Shown here piece by piece: positions 39,196 to 47,874 of a stretch of 64,000 nt of DNA; within the stretch, counting starts at the first letter, position 1, and each line of letters begins with the position of its first letter. The notes beneath the pieces are model-generated. The model was not told the DNA's origin and did not search any database. It saw nothing but the letters and a program-made list of their open reading frames with translations. Source of the DNA: Porticoccaceae bacterium (GTDB taxonomy: Bacteria; Pseudomonadota; Gammaproteobacteria; Pseudomonadales; Porticoccaceae); contig JAQWNR010000022.1 in NCBI GenBank assembly GCA_029268475.1, positions 29,882 to 93,881 on the forward strand, written 5' to 3'. The translations under genes and the position numbers were made by a program.

Positions 39196-39372
39196 ATGCT
39201 TAATTACCGCCTAGTCGCAACCCTCCTTCTGCTCAGTATTGTGGTCTTCCCTATGGCCATCCAATGGGCTAAAGAGCCCAGTGGAAGCTGGTTTCGCCCT
39301 TTTGTAGTATGGGCAATGCTGGTATTCGCTGCCTATGTTGCCTATCGACACAGAGGTCGCGATGAATCCTGA
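39196..39372 (+). CDS. 58-codon two-TM small ORF overlapping the cbrA start (cbrX-like)
   Basis: Own translation gives MLNYRLVATLLLLSIVVFPMAIQWAKEPSGSWFRPFVVWAMLVFAAYVAYRHRGRDES. It falls below the size cutoff of the ORF track. The last 11 nt overlap the cbrA ATG at 39362. Confidence 0.5.
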   Translation: MLNYRLVATLLLLSIVVFPMAIQWAKEPSGSWFRPFVVWAMLVFAAYVAYRHRGRDES

Positions 39373-42229
39373 GGTTTTACTGAGTTGTCTGGCAGTAATA
39401 GTGCTCGGTCTATTTGCATCGAAGTGGTTACTAAGACGCGCTCAAGGTAATAGAAAAGATTTGGCGCTTAATCTTGGTCTACTATCGGGCACTGGTGTGC
39501 TGATGGCGATGGGCTCAATAGAAATGGCCGGACGCTATGGCTACAGCATTATTCTTGCTCTGGTAGCATTCAGCCTAGTTTTTGTTATATCACCGCTTAT
39601 CTTTGCCCCCATTCATCGCCTTAACGGCGTGATTCGCTTTGCTACCTCAATTGATTTTTTGACTTTTAGATTTCGCGGAAGAACAGTGGCAATAATCGCC
39701 TGCATAAGCCTTACTGTTGCCACCGTGCCACTTATTCTCGCTCAAATCACGGCCATAGAGTCAGTTGCTGATTATTTATTCGGTAGCCCGTCTAAGCTAC
39801 TCATTCTGTTATTAATAACCGGGCTATTAATCTCACTTAACCTGTTTTCGATCCAACTTAATAGCGAAAATAATCTTGGTTGGATAATGACAACAGCTGG
39901 CTTATTGCTCCTGCCTGCTTTGGCTCTTTCTGCTTGGACATCGATTCAAGCAGTATTCGGCGGTCTAGCGGAAATGAATACTTGGGTCATAGACAGTGGG
40001 CAGCGAAATATTGTGCAACGCATGGATGCCTCATACAGCCTGTTTATTATCTTTCTCGCCGCCAGCTTTGCCTCACCGATCAATTTTAGACTTTTGGTAG
40101 CAGACAATATTTCTGAACGTCAGACTGATATGACCTCTTGGGCCTATCCACTACTTGTTCTGTTGGCCTGCATTCCCGTATTTCCGTTGCTTTGGTCCGG
40201 TATCTCCCTACAGTCTTTGTCGCCACTACAGGAATATCTGTTTAGCCTACCCTTACTGACTAACCAACCACTAATCTCTGGTCTGGGTGCTGCCTGTATC
40301 ACCATGCTAGCCATATCATTTGCCTGTAGCCTTATCGTTATCTCCTCGAAAATACTGATCAATAGCTGCCTGCTACCAACCAAGGACTTGCATCAACAGC
40401 CTCAGTTAACAGTATGGCTAAAACGTCGGCAACTCCTTATTGCTACCGGTATGGTTGTCTTTTGCATGGCCCTGAGCCTGACAGGAAAAGGTCGCAGTAT
40501 TACCGATTACTATCTGGCAGGTTTCGCCGGTCTGGCCCAGTTGACACCGGGGATGCTTGCAGCAACTTACTTACCAGGCGTTAATCGCCGAGGGTTTCTT
40601 GTTGGTCTGACAGCGGGCATGCTGTTGTGGTTGGTCACCATTGCACTGCCCTTATTATTTGGCGATTGGACCTGGCAACTACCCATGTCCGATAAAACCA
40701 TTCAAGTAGGCATGCAAAATTGGAGTATCTGGGCCATTGAAGCGCTATTGGTCAATATCACACTGTGCACTGTATTCAGTGTATTTAGTACGATGGATAG
40801 CGAGCAAAAAACCTTTGCTAGCCTGTGCATGGTTGACAATGTCTATATTCCTGCGCGTATCGAAATTGCACAAAAATCAGTCGATGAAATTACCGCCAAC
40901 TTACGCCTGTCTCTGGGTGACGATGCGGATAACGAGGTGCTACAAGCTCTTGAAACGTTGGGATTACAACACAGCGAAGTCAGGCCTGCTGCGCTGCGCC
41001 AACTTCGGGATACAATTAATGCCTCACTGAATATGCGCTTTGGTGTGTTGGCAGCCAATCGCATCATGGAAAAATCACTCCCTGTCACCATACCCAGTAC
41101 TAATGATCCAGACGACATCTATCTTATTGAATCGATGTTAGCCATTCATGGTGACCGATTAACGGGTATTGCCAGTGAACTTAACAAACTGCGTATGCAT
41201 CATCGAGAAATTATCGATAATTTACCTATCGGTGTGATCTCAGTTGACCCGCACGGGGAAGTGGTCAAATGGAACTCAGCAATAGCCCGTTACACTGACC
41301 TCAACAGCGATGTGATTACTGGCAGTTCGATAAGTGAGTTGCCGCAACCCTGGGGTCCTGCGATCACCGATTTTATTACTAGCGATGCCAGCATAATTGA
41401 TGATTTACAACTTGAAATACAGGGTGAGGTCCGTTGGTTTAGTCTGCAAAAATCTGCACAACAGACGAATCCAGACACAGACATAGTAGTGCTTGTAGAA
41501 GAGCATACCAGCGCGGTCAATCTGATCCAGAAATCCATTGATAATGAACGACTGGCATCGGTTGGTCGATTGGCAGCAGGCGTTGCCCATGAAATAGGCA
41601 ACCCCGTCACCGGCATTGCTTGCCTTGCGCAGAATCTACAACATGAAACTGACAGCAATGAGATAGAGTATACCGCTGAACAGATTTTATCTCAGACTCA
41701 ACGTATTAACCGTATTGTGCAATCACTCCTTAGCTTCTCTCGAGGTGGTAACCCCGTAGCTTCGACAAAGCAAACCATCTATCTGCGACATGCGGCCAAA
41801 GAAGCGATTAACTTGCTCACTATGAGCGCCTCTCAAATCGACGTGACATTTAGTACAGAGATTGACGACGAACTAACTATTACTGGCGACTATCATCACT
41901 TAATTCAAATATTTCTCAACTTACTCAGTAATTCTCGCGATGCCTCCCCTGCCGGTGGTGTTATTAGTATCAAAGCTAACCGCACAGATCATCAGGTTCA
42001 GCTTAAAATCAGCGATGAGGGTTCAGGTATTGATGACAAGGTAAAAGGGCATTTGTTTGAGCCCTTTGTTACCAATAAGGATCCTGGCAGTGGCACGGGA
42101 TTGGGATTATGGGTGGTCATAAATCTAGTTAACAGCATGGGAGGGGACATTTCCATAGTCAGCCCAGCAGAAAATAGCCAACATGGTACTACTGCAACTA
42201 TTAGTTTTCCCCTATCATCCACATCATGA
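39362..42229 (+). CDS. cbrA: CbrA-like sensor histidine kinase with N-terminal SLC5 (sodium:solute symporter-like) domain
   Basis: A polytopic N-terminal half of about 500 aa is followed by a PAS region, the H-box AAGVAHEIGNPVTGI and the HATPase motifs SDEGSGI and GSGTGLGL. Synteny is dksA-gluQ-cbrA-cbrB-pcnB-folK as in Pseudomonas. The start is preferred at MNPEVLL (39362). Confidence 0.8.
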   Translation: MNPEVLLSCLAVIVLGLFASKWLLRRAQGNRKDLALNLGLLSGTGVLMAMGSIEMAGRYGYSIILALVAFSLVFVISPLIFAPIHRLNGVIRFATSIDFLTFRFRGRTVAIIACISLTVATVPLILAQITAIESVADYLFGSPSKLLILLLITGLLISLNLFSIQLNSENNLGWIMTTAGLLLLPALALSAWTSIQAVFGGLAEMNTWVIDSGQRNIVQRMDASYSLFIIFLAASFASPINFRLLVADNISERQTDMTSWAYPLLVLLACIPVFPLLWSGISLQSLSPLQEYLFSLPLLTNQPLISGLGAACITMLAISFACSLIVISSKILINSCLLPTKDLHQQPQLTVWLKRRQLLIATGMVVFCMALSLTGKGRSITDYYLAGFAGLAQLTPGMLAATYLPGVNRRGFLVGLTAGMLLWLVTIALPLLFGDWTWQLPMSDKTIQVGMQNWSIWAIEALLVNITLCTVFSVFSTMDSEQKTFASLCMVDNVYIPARIEIAQKSVDEITANLRLSLGDDADNEVLQALETLGLQHSEVRPAALRQLRDTINASLNMRFGVLAANRIMEKSLPVTIPSTNDPDDIYLIESMLAIHGDRLTGIASELNKLRMHHREIIDNLPIGVISVDPHGEVVKWNSAIARYTDLNSDVITGSSISELPQPWGPAITDFITSDASIIDDLQLEIQGEVRWFSLQKSAQQTNPDTDIVVLVEEHTSAVNLIQKSIDNERLASVGRLAAGVAHEIGNPVTGIACLAQNLQHETDSNEIEYTAEQILSQTQRINRIVQSLLSFSRGGNPVASTKQTIYLRHAAKEAINLLTMSASQIDVTFSTEIDDELTITGDYHHLIQIFLNLLSNSRDASPAGGVISIKANRTDHQVQLKISDEGSGIDDKVKGHLFEPFVTNKDPGSGTGLGLWVVINLVNSMGGDISIVSPAENSQHGTTATISFPLSSTS

Positions 42230-43479
42230 ATAAAACTCAACACCATATCCTTATTGTCGAAGACGAAGAGATTATTCGTACCTCACTGCGCAAACTTCTC
42301 GAGCGCAACGGCTTTTCAGTCTCTGAAGCTATCAGTGTCAAAGCCGCACAGCAGGCATTTAATCTCAATAGCTTTGACCTGGTGATTAGCGATCTCAGGC
42401 TGCCAGGCAGCGCGGGTACTGATCTAATTAAAGGCTCTAACACTGTGCCGGTTATCATTATGACCAGTTATGCCAGCCTGCGATCTGCGGTTGAGACGAT
42501 GCGTCAAGGCGCTGTCGATTATATTTCTAAGCCCTTTGATCATGACGAAATGATCAATGCTGTAAAACGTATTTTCGAAAAACCTATAAAAAGCACCCAA
42601 CAGTTAAACCGTCTGCTTATGGGTGACAACTCGGAAATGTTAAGAATACTACGCACGGTTCATAAAGCTGCACCGACCACCGCACCGGTACTTATTCAAG
42701 GCGAAAACGGTACTGGGCGGCGTACTATTGCAGAAATAATCCATGCTGACAGTGGTTTAGAAGAGCGATCTTTCCGCAATATTAATTGCTCCTCAGCTAC
42801 GGCAACGGAACTATCGGATATATTGGATCGGGGTAATGTTGGCACTCTGTTCCTTAACAATATTTGTGAACTCACCCCCGCTCTGCAACCCTATGTACTG
42901 AAAATCTTGCAGAAAAAAGCATCTCGCATTATTGCCTCAGCAGAGCACAACCTCAAAGCCCTAGTAGAAAAAGGTCACTTCCGCAAAGATTTGTACTACA
43001 GCCTTAATGTAGTCAAGATTCATGTACCCACATTGCGTGAAAGAACTGGGGATATACCAGCCTTGATTAATTATTTTGTCAACTTCTACGGTACCGAGCT
43101 AGGCATGGATATAGTCTTAACTGAAGACGCTATTCGCGCGCTGACCAACCATAGTTGGCCAGGTAATGTGCAAGAATTGCAAAATACCATCTATCAAGCT
43201 GTAATTCTTGCAGAAGCCGGAGAGCCGATAAATGCTCAGATGTTGGGTCTTAGTGATGCGCCCGACAATCATATTAATGAGGTAACTGGCGAAGTAGGTC
43301 ATCCAACCACATCCATAGATGGGCCAGCAGGCCTCTCACTCGAGGACTATTTCACCAGTTTCGTACTGGAAAATCAGGAAAATATGAGTGAAACAGCGCT
43401 AGCACAAAAACTTGGCATTAGCCGCAAATCTCTCTGGGAAAGACGTAATAAACTCGGGATTAGCCGTAAAAAAGCTTAA
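42226..43479 (+). CDS. cbrB: CbrB-like NtrC-family response regulator with degenerate AAA+ core
   Basis: It has a receiver domain (ILIVEDEE...DLVISDLRLPG), a central domain with GENGTGRR and TLFLNNI, and a C-terminal Fis-type HTH (MSETALAQKLGISRKSLWERRNKLGI). An ATGA overlap joins it to the cbrA stop. Confidence 0.8.
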   Translation: MNKTQHHILIVEDEEIIRTSLRKLLERNGFSVSEAISVKAAQQAFNLNSFDLVISDLRLPGSAGTDLIKGSNTVPVIIMTSYASLRSAVETMRQGAVDYISKPFDHDEMINAVKRIFEKPIKSTQQLNRLLMGDNSEMLRILRTVHKAAPTTAPVLIQGENGTGRRTIAEIIHADSGLEERSFRNINCSSATATELSDILDRGNVGTLFLNNICELTPALQPYVLKILQKKASRIIASAEHNLKALVEKGHFRKDLYYSLNVVKIHVPTLRERTGDIPALINYFVNFYGTELGMDIVLTEDAIRALTNHSWPGNVQELQNTIYQAVILAEAGEPINAQMLGLSDAPDNHINEVTGEVGHPTTSIDGPAGLSLEDYFTSFVLENQENMSETALAQKLGISRKSLWERRNKLGISRKKA

Positions 43480-43514
43480 ATATTGAGCTAGAGCAGGTTT
43501 AAACCGACGCTAAC

Positions 43515-43531
43515 TGTTTCTAAAAGTAACA
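43515..43531 (+). promoter_or_regulatory. Imperfect inverted repeat TGTTTC-N5-GTAACA upstream of the candidate sRNA promoter
   Basis: Read directly. The half-sites resemble the TGTTAC/GTAACA half-sites I recall for Pseudomonas CbrB, but the spacing differs. The centre is about 90 nt upstream of the predicted TSS. Confidence 0.3.
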
Positions 43532-43578
43532 TTCAGGACAAATTTGTTTTTTTTACAAGGAAAAATTCAGTAAACCTC

Positions 43579-43606
43579 TTGATGCGATGTGATTTCTGTT
43601 TAGAAT
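43579..43606 (+). promoter_or_regulatory. Sigma70-like promoter TTGATG-N16-TAGAAT
   Basis: Read directly, with the -35 at 43579-43584 and the -10 at 43601-43606. An AT-rich region with a T8 run lies upstream. Confidence 0.5.
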
Positions 43607-43612
43607 GGAGCT

Positions 43613-43738
43613 ACCAAGATTTTATTCTTGAGTAATAACAACAATAAATAATAAAAAACGGATGGATTGCAAAAAGTGTTCCAGAAGCTCAGGCTTTAAG
43701 AACCATTGAGGGGGGATGTCAAACGGCATCCCTTTTTT
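43613..43738 (+). ncRNA. Candidate CrcZ-like Hfq/Crc-sponge sRNA (about 125 nt)
   Basis: It occupies the cbrB-pcnB intergenic region where crcZ lies in Pseudomonas. It has a 5' hairpin CAAGA-UUUUAU-UCUUG (43615-43630), a 25-nt tract AAUAACAACAAUAAAUAAUAAAAAA (43634-43658) and an intrinsic terminator. No ORF is present. Confidence 0.5.
43713..43738 (+). terminator. Intrinsic terminator GGGAUGUC-AAAC-GGCAUCCC-UUUUUU
   Basis: Read directly. It is an 8-bp stem with one G-U pair followed by six U. Confidence 0.85.
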
Positions 43739-43834
43739 ATTGCCTGTGATTTTTACCAATAACAAGGAATACTCCCGCAACCGCTAATCCTCTGGTAAAC
43801 TCTTGCCCAACTATTGCTTACCGACACCCTTTTC

Positions 43835-45184
43835 ATGCTGAAACGTATCAGTCACTTTTTCTCACCTAACTCTCGCAAGCACAATACTAATGAGCATAGA
43901 GTGATTTTCAGTAACGAGCATAAATTGTCACCGAAGATGATCAATAAAGATGCTCTAAAGGTCGTTGAAGTACTTCAGGAGCATGGTTACGACGCCTATG
44001 TGGTGGGAGGCTCCATCCGTGACTTACTGCTAGGCCTCAAACCTAAAGATTTTGACGTTGCCACCAATGCTAGACCCAGTGAAATAAAGCCGCTATTTAG
44101 GCGTTCGCGCATTATCGGCCGGCGTTTTCAAATTGTGCATGTACAACTCGGTCGAGAACTCATTGAGGTGACTACGTTTCGCTCCAATGAAACAAAAGGA
44201 ACTGATAAAAAAGGTGGTAGCCGTCGCCAACAAGCGAATTCAGGCGTGCTCACTAGGGATAACGTGTTTGGCTCAATCAGCGATGATGCCAGCCGCAGAG
44301 ATCTAACCATCAATGCCCTTTACTATAATCCCAGTGACAACAGTATTCATGATTTCGCAGGCGGCCTTGATGATATTGATCAACGCCTGATAAGGATTAT
44401 GGGCGACCCCGCTACCAGGTTCCGAGAGGATCCAGTACGCCTACTCCGTGTTGCCCGCTTTGCCGCTAAACTAGGTTTTACTATTGATCCAATGACAGAG
44501 AAACCAATGCGCAAATTGGCCTCTAATCTGCAACACGTCTCCCCACCCAGGCTATTTGATGAAACCTTGAAGCTATTTATGAGTGGGCAGGGCTTGGCTA
44601 CTTTCTGGCTACTTTATGAATATGGTTTATTTGATTATATAGCGCCTCAAGTCAGCGCCATGATGAAAGACCGAAATAACCTCACCGGTAAACTTATTGA
44701 ACAAGCTTTCACCAATACTGATTTGCGTATTCGTAACAATAAGCGTGTTACACCCGCTTTTATCTATGCGGCATTGCTATGGCCTTCGGTACAACAGTTG
44801 GCAGCAGGTTATCGAGAACGCGGTAATAGTCCAGCCTACGCTCTCAGCAAAGCGGCAGGCGAAGTAATAGCCAAACAAATTCCAATCACGGCTATCCCCA
44901 AAAGATTTACCATGCCAATGCGTGAAATATGGGATTTACAGTTATTGTTACCGCGCCGCGGTGGGCACCGAGCTAAACGTCTCGTAGATCACCCAAGGTT
45001 TCGCGCTGCCTACGACTTTGTCTTATTGCGTGAGCAGGCGGGTGAGGAATTGAGCGGACTGGGCGACTGGTGGACCGCTTACCAAAATGCCGATGAAGAG
45101 AAACGTGAACAGATGGCCAAGGCGCTTGGCGAGCCAAAGCGCAACCGCAAACGCCGCAAACCCAGAAAACCCAAGACAGACTGA
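43835..45184 (+). CDS. pcnB: Poly(A) polymerase I
   Basis: It has VVGGSIRDLLLGLKPKDFDVATNA and RRFQIVHV motifs and a basic C-terminal tail. The start is ATG 43835 or TTG 43814. Confidence 0.9.
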   Translation: MLKRISHFFSPNSRKHNTNEHRVIFSNEHKLSPKMINKDALKVVEVLQEHGYDAYVVGGSIRDLLLGLKPKDFDVATNARPSEIKPLFRRSRIIGRRFQIVHVQLGRELIEVTTFRSNETKGTDKKGGSRRQQANSGVLTRDNVFGSISDDASRRDLTINALYYNPSDNSIHDFAGGLDDIDQRLIRIMGDPATRFREDPVRLLRVARFAAKLGFTIDPMTEKPMRKLASNLQHVSPPRLFDETLKLFMSGQGLATFWLLYEYGLFDYIAPQVSAMMKDRNNLTGKLIEQAFTNTDLRIRNNKRVTPAFIYAALLWPSVQQLAAGYRERGNSPAYALSKAAGEVIAKQIPITAIPKRFTMPMREIWDLQLLLPRRGGHRAKRLVDHPRFRAAYDFVLLREQAGEELSGLGDWWTAYQNADEEKREQMAKALGEPKRNRKRRKPRKPKTD

Positions 45185-45684
45185 TGGCCATTGCTTATAT
45201 AGGGCTCGGCAGTAACCTCTCTGGTAATCATAACGGTCAATTATTTAGTCCTCAGGCACAGCTTGAACAAGCAGTGCTGAGTCTGTGTGCACATCACCGC
45301 ATCGATGTTCTCGAGCAGTCTAGCTTCTATCAGACAACTGCTATCGGGCCAGGGCAACAGCCAGATTACATCAATGCGGTAGTGCAATTACAAACCAGCC
45401 TAAAACCCATTGAGCTGCTCGATTTACTGCAATCTATTGAGAATCAGCAAGGCAGAGAGCGAACAATTCGCTGGGGTGCCAGAACACTGGATCTGGATAT
45501 TCTGCTGTACGATCAGCACACTGAAAACAGCCAACGTCTGATATTGCCCCACCCCCGCATGCATGAGCGCAGCTTTGTTCTAGCACCTTTAGCCGAACTA
45601 GCACCTCAGCTTACCCTAGCAGGTGGCAAAAATATCGCTGAGCTATTGGCAAATTGTTCAATGCAGGGTATTGTCAAACTCTAG
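45184..45684 (+). CDS. folK: 2-amino-4-hydroxy-6-hydroxymethyldihydropteridine pyrophosphokinase
   Basis: 166 aa with AYIGLGSNL, RWGARTLDLDILLY and PHPRMHERSFVLAPL. An ATGA-type overlap joins it to pcnB. Confidence 0.92.
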   Translation: MAIAYIGLGSNLSGNHNGQLFSPQAQLEQAVLSLCAHHRIDVLEQSSFYQTTAIGPGQQPDYINAVVQLQTSLKPIELLDLLQSIENQQGRERTIRWGARTLDLDILLYDQHTENSQRLILPHPRMHERSFVLAPLAELAPQLTLAGGKNIAELLANCSMQGIVKL

Positions 45685-45721
45685 GGTTACTCACTGGCGC
45701 TAGCCTGAGTGAGACATAATT

Positions 45722-46426
45722 ATGGATTTGGAGACTTCTGTGGAACCCACATTGCTCAATGAATTTGATCTCGATTTATCCCTTGCATCTATACCCAGTT
45801 ATATTGCAATAGAAGGGCCTATCGGCATTGGCAAAACCACGCTCGCCAAGCGTCTAGCCAATTCTTTTAATTATGATACGTTGCTTGAAGAGGCTGAAGA
45901 GAATCCCTTTCTAGAACGTTTTTATCAAGATCGGCGCAGCAATGCTCTGCCAACACAGCTTTACTTTCTATTTCAACGCATGCGCAAACTGCAGGATTTG
46001 CGTCAAGGCGACATTTTTCAGCAAGTTCGCGTGTCTGATTTTCTTATCGAAAAAGACCCCTTATTTGCCCGTATCACATTAGACGATGATGAATATCGAC
46101 TCTATCAGACCGTATACGACAATATTATTGAAGATCTGCCAAAACCAGATTTGGTGATCTATCTGCAGGCACCTACAGAAACTCTCTATGAGCGCGTACA
46201 ACGCCGCGGCATCGCCATAGAGCGGCCCATTGAGCAGTCCTATCTACAACAGCTCAATGACGCTTACACCCAATTCTTTTACCATTATGATGACAGCCCG
46301 CTACTGATTGTTAATACCAGCGAAATAAACCTTGCCGATGGCGATCTTGATTATTATAACTTGGTGAAATACATGCTTAAGACCACCACAGGGCGCCATT
46401 ACTACAACCCTCAACCAATTCAATAA
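45722..46426 (+). CDS. Deoxynucleoside kinase family protein
   Basis: 234 aa with P-loop IEGPIGIGKTTLAKRL, an ERF-type motif NPFLERFY and LQAPTETLYERVQRRG (lid). Confidence 0.75.
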   Translation: MDLETSVEPTLLNEFDLDLSLASIPSYIAIEGPIGIGKTTLAKRLANSFNYDTLLEEAEENPFLERFYQDRRSNALPTQLYFLFQRMRKLQDLRQGDIFQQVRVSDFLIEKDPLFARITLDDDEYRLYQTVYDNIIEDLPKPDLVIYLQAPTETLYERVQRRGIAIERPIEQSYLQQLNDAYTQFFYHYDDSPLLIVNTSEINLADGDLDYYNLVKYMLKTTTGRHYYNPQPIQ

Positions 46427-46519
46427 CCTGCTACAGGGCCAACTGGAGTTACAACTTGTTATCAGTTGCGAAACCCAGTAACGTAGCGTTCTTGCCAATT
46501 AATAAGTCTAAATTAAGCA

Positions 46520-47311
46520 ATGAAAACCACAACCATCAGCAATCTGAATGCAATGAAAGCAGCAGGCGAGAAATTTGCTGTCATCACTGCCTATGACTAC
46601 ACATTTTCACGTTTAATTGAAACTGCCGGTATTGAGGTTACGCTGGTGGGCGATTCTCTGGGTAATGTTATCCAGGGTAGAGACAGTACCATTCCAGTCT
46701 CGGTAGATGAAATGGCCTACCATACTGAGATTGTTAAACGCGGTAATAGCCGCACGCTGTTGATGACCGATATGCCATTCATGTCCTATGCGTCAGAAAG
46801 TCAAGCACTGGATAATGCCGCTATATTAATGCAGGCTGGCGCTCAGATGGTCAAGCTTGAGGGCGGTGAATGGTTGGCAGAAACTGTTTTTATGCTTACT
46901 GAGCGCGGTATTCCCGTTTGTGGTCATGTTGGCCTTACACCTCAGTCGGTACATAAACTAGGAGGTTACAAAGTCCAAGGTAAAGAGGAAGATGCCGCTC
47001 AGCGTATGATTCAAGAAGCACAGATACTTGAAGAAGCCGGAGCCGATTTGATGGTCGTGGAATGCGTGCCCTCTTCGTTAGGTAAAAACTTGGCAGATAG
47101 CCTAAACATACCGGTGATTGGTATTGGTGCAGGACCAGATACCGATGCCCAGGTACTGGTGCTTCAAGATATGTTGGGGATATCGCAACGACTGCCAAAG
47201 TTCTCAAAGAACTTTTTAGAGCAATCCTCAACTATTCAGCAAGCCATCATCAACTACGGTAACGAAGTGCGCGCCGGCACGTTCCCAGCCTCAGAACACT
47301 GCTTTAAGTAA
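46520..47311 (+). CDS. panB: 3-methyl-2-oxobutanoate hydroxymethyltransferase
   Basis: 263 aa with ITAYDY, LVGDSLG and VKLEGG motifs. Confidence 0.95.
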   Translation: MKTTTISNLNAMKAAGEKFAVITAYDYTFSRLIETAGIEVTLVGDSLGNVIQGRDSTIPVSVDEMAYHTEIVKRGNSRTLLMTDMPFMSYASESQALDNAAILMQAGAQMVKLEGGEWLAETVFMLTERGIPVCGHVGLTPQSVHKLGGYKVQGKEEDAAQRMIQEAQILEEAGADLMVVECVPSSLGKNLADSLNIPVIGIGAGPDTDAQVLVLQDMLGISQRLPKFSKNFLEQSSTIQQAIINYGNEVRAGTFPASEHCFK

Positions 47312-47331
47312 CAAAAACACAAGGTAACTCA

Positions 47332-47817
47332 ATGTCTCAAACACATAATATTTACGACTTTTCTGTACCCACTAGCACCGGTGATGAACAAGCATTAAGT
47401 GACTATCAGGGTAAGGTTGTACTCATTGTGAATACAGCCAGTAAATGCGGTTTTACGCCACAATATGAGGGTTTGCAAACACTGCACGACACCTATGCCG
47501 AACGCGGCCTAGTCATTATTGCGCTGCCTTGTAATCAGTTCCGCGGACAAGAGCCCGGCACCAATGCCGAAGTACAAGAATTCTGCCAAATGAACTATGG
47601 CTTGAGTTTCCCAGTGATGGGCAAGATAGAGGTCAATGGCAAAGGAAGACATCCGTTATACGATTACCTCACCAAACAGGCCGGCGGACTCTTCAATGAT
47701 AATATCAAATGGAATTTCACTAAGTTTTTGGTTGATCGCAAAGGTCAGGTAGTCGATCGATTTGCCACTATCACCAAACCGGCCGATCTTGCCAAGTCGA
47801 TTGAAAAACTGCTCTAG
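47332..47817 (+). CDS. Glutathione peroxidase (Cys type, BtuE-like)
   Basis: 161 aa with VLIVNTASKCGFTPQY, LPCNQF and WNFTKFLV signatures. Confidence 0.92.
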   Translation: MSQTHNIYDFSVPTSTGDEQALSDYQGKVVLIVNTASKCGFTPQYEGLQTLHDTYAERGLVIIALPCNQFRGQEPGTNAEVQEFCQMNYGLSFPVMGKIEVNGKGRHPLYDYLTKQAGGLFNDNIKWNFTKFLVDRKGQVVDRFATITKPADLAKSIEKLL

Positions 47818-47874
47818 GGAGCAGTGTTGAACTGGCTTAGAGGCGGCGACAGCTCAAGCAGCACTAATAGCACA

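Noticed and set aside
39335-43479. The cbrA-cbrB region seemed more AT-rich than its surroundings, raising the possibility of horizontal acquisition
   Set aside because: The impression rests on hand counts of a few 60-nt lines (about 40-43 % against about 48 % GC). The conserved dksA-gluQ-cbrAB-pcnB synteny argues against recent acquisition. A sliding-window GC and codon-usage calculation is needed.
43480-43834. Expected sigma54 (-24/-12, TGGCAC-N5-TTGC) promoter for a crcZ-like gene
   Set aside because: I scanned the spacer by eye on the plus strand. No GG/GC pair with the required 10-nt spacing sits in a plausible context. The nearest look-alike (TGGAGCTACCAAGAT) lacks the -12 GC. I therefore report only the sigma70-like element.
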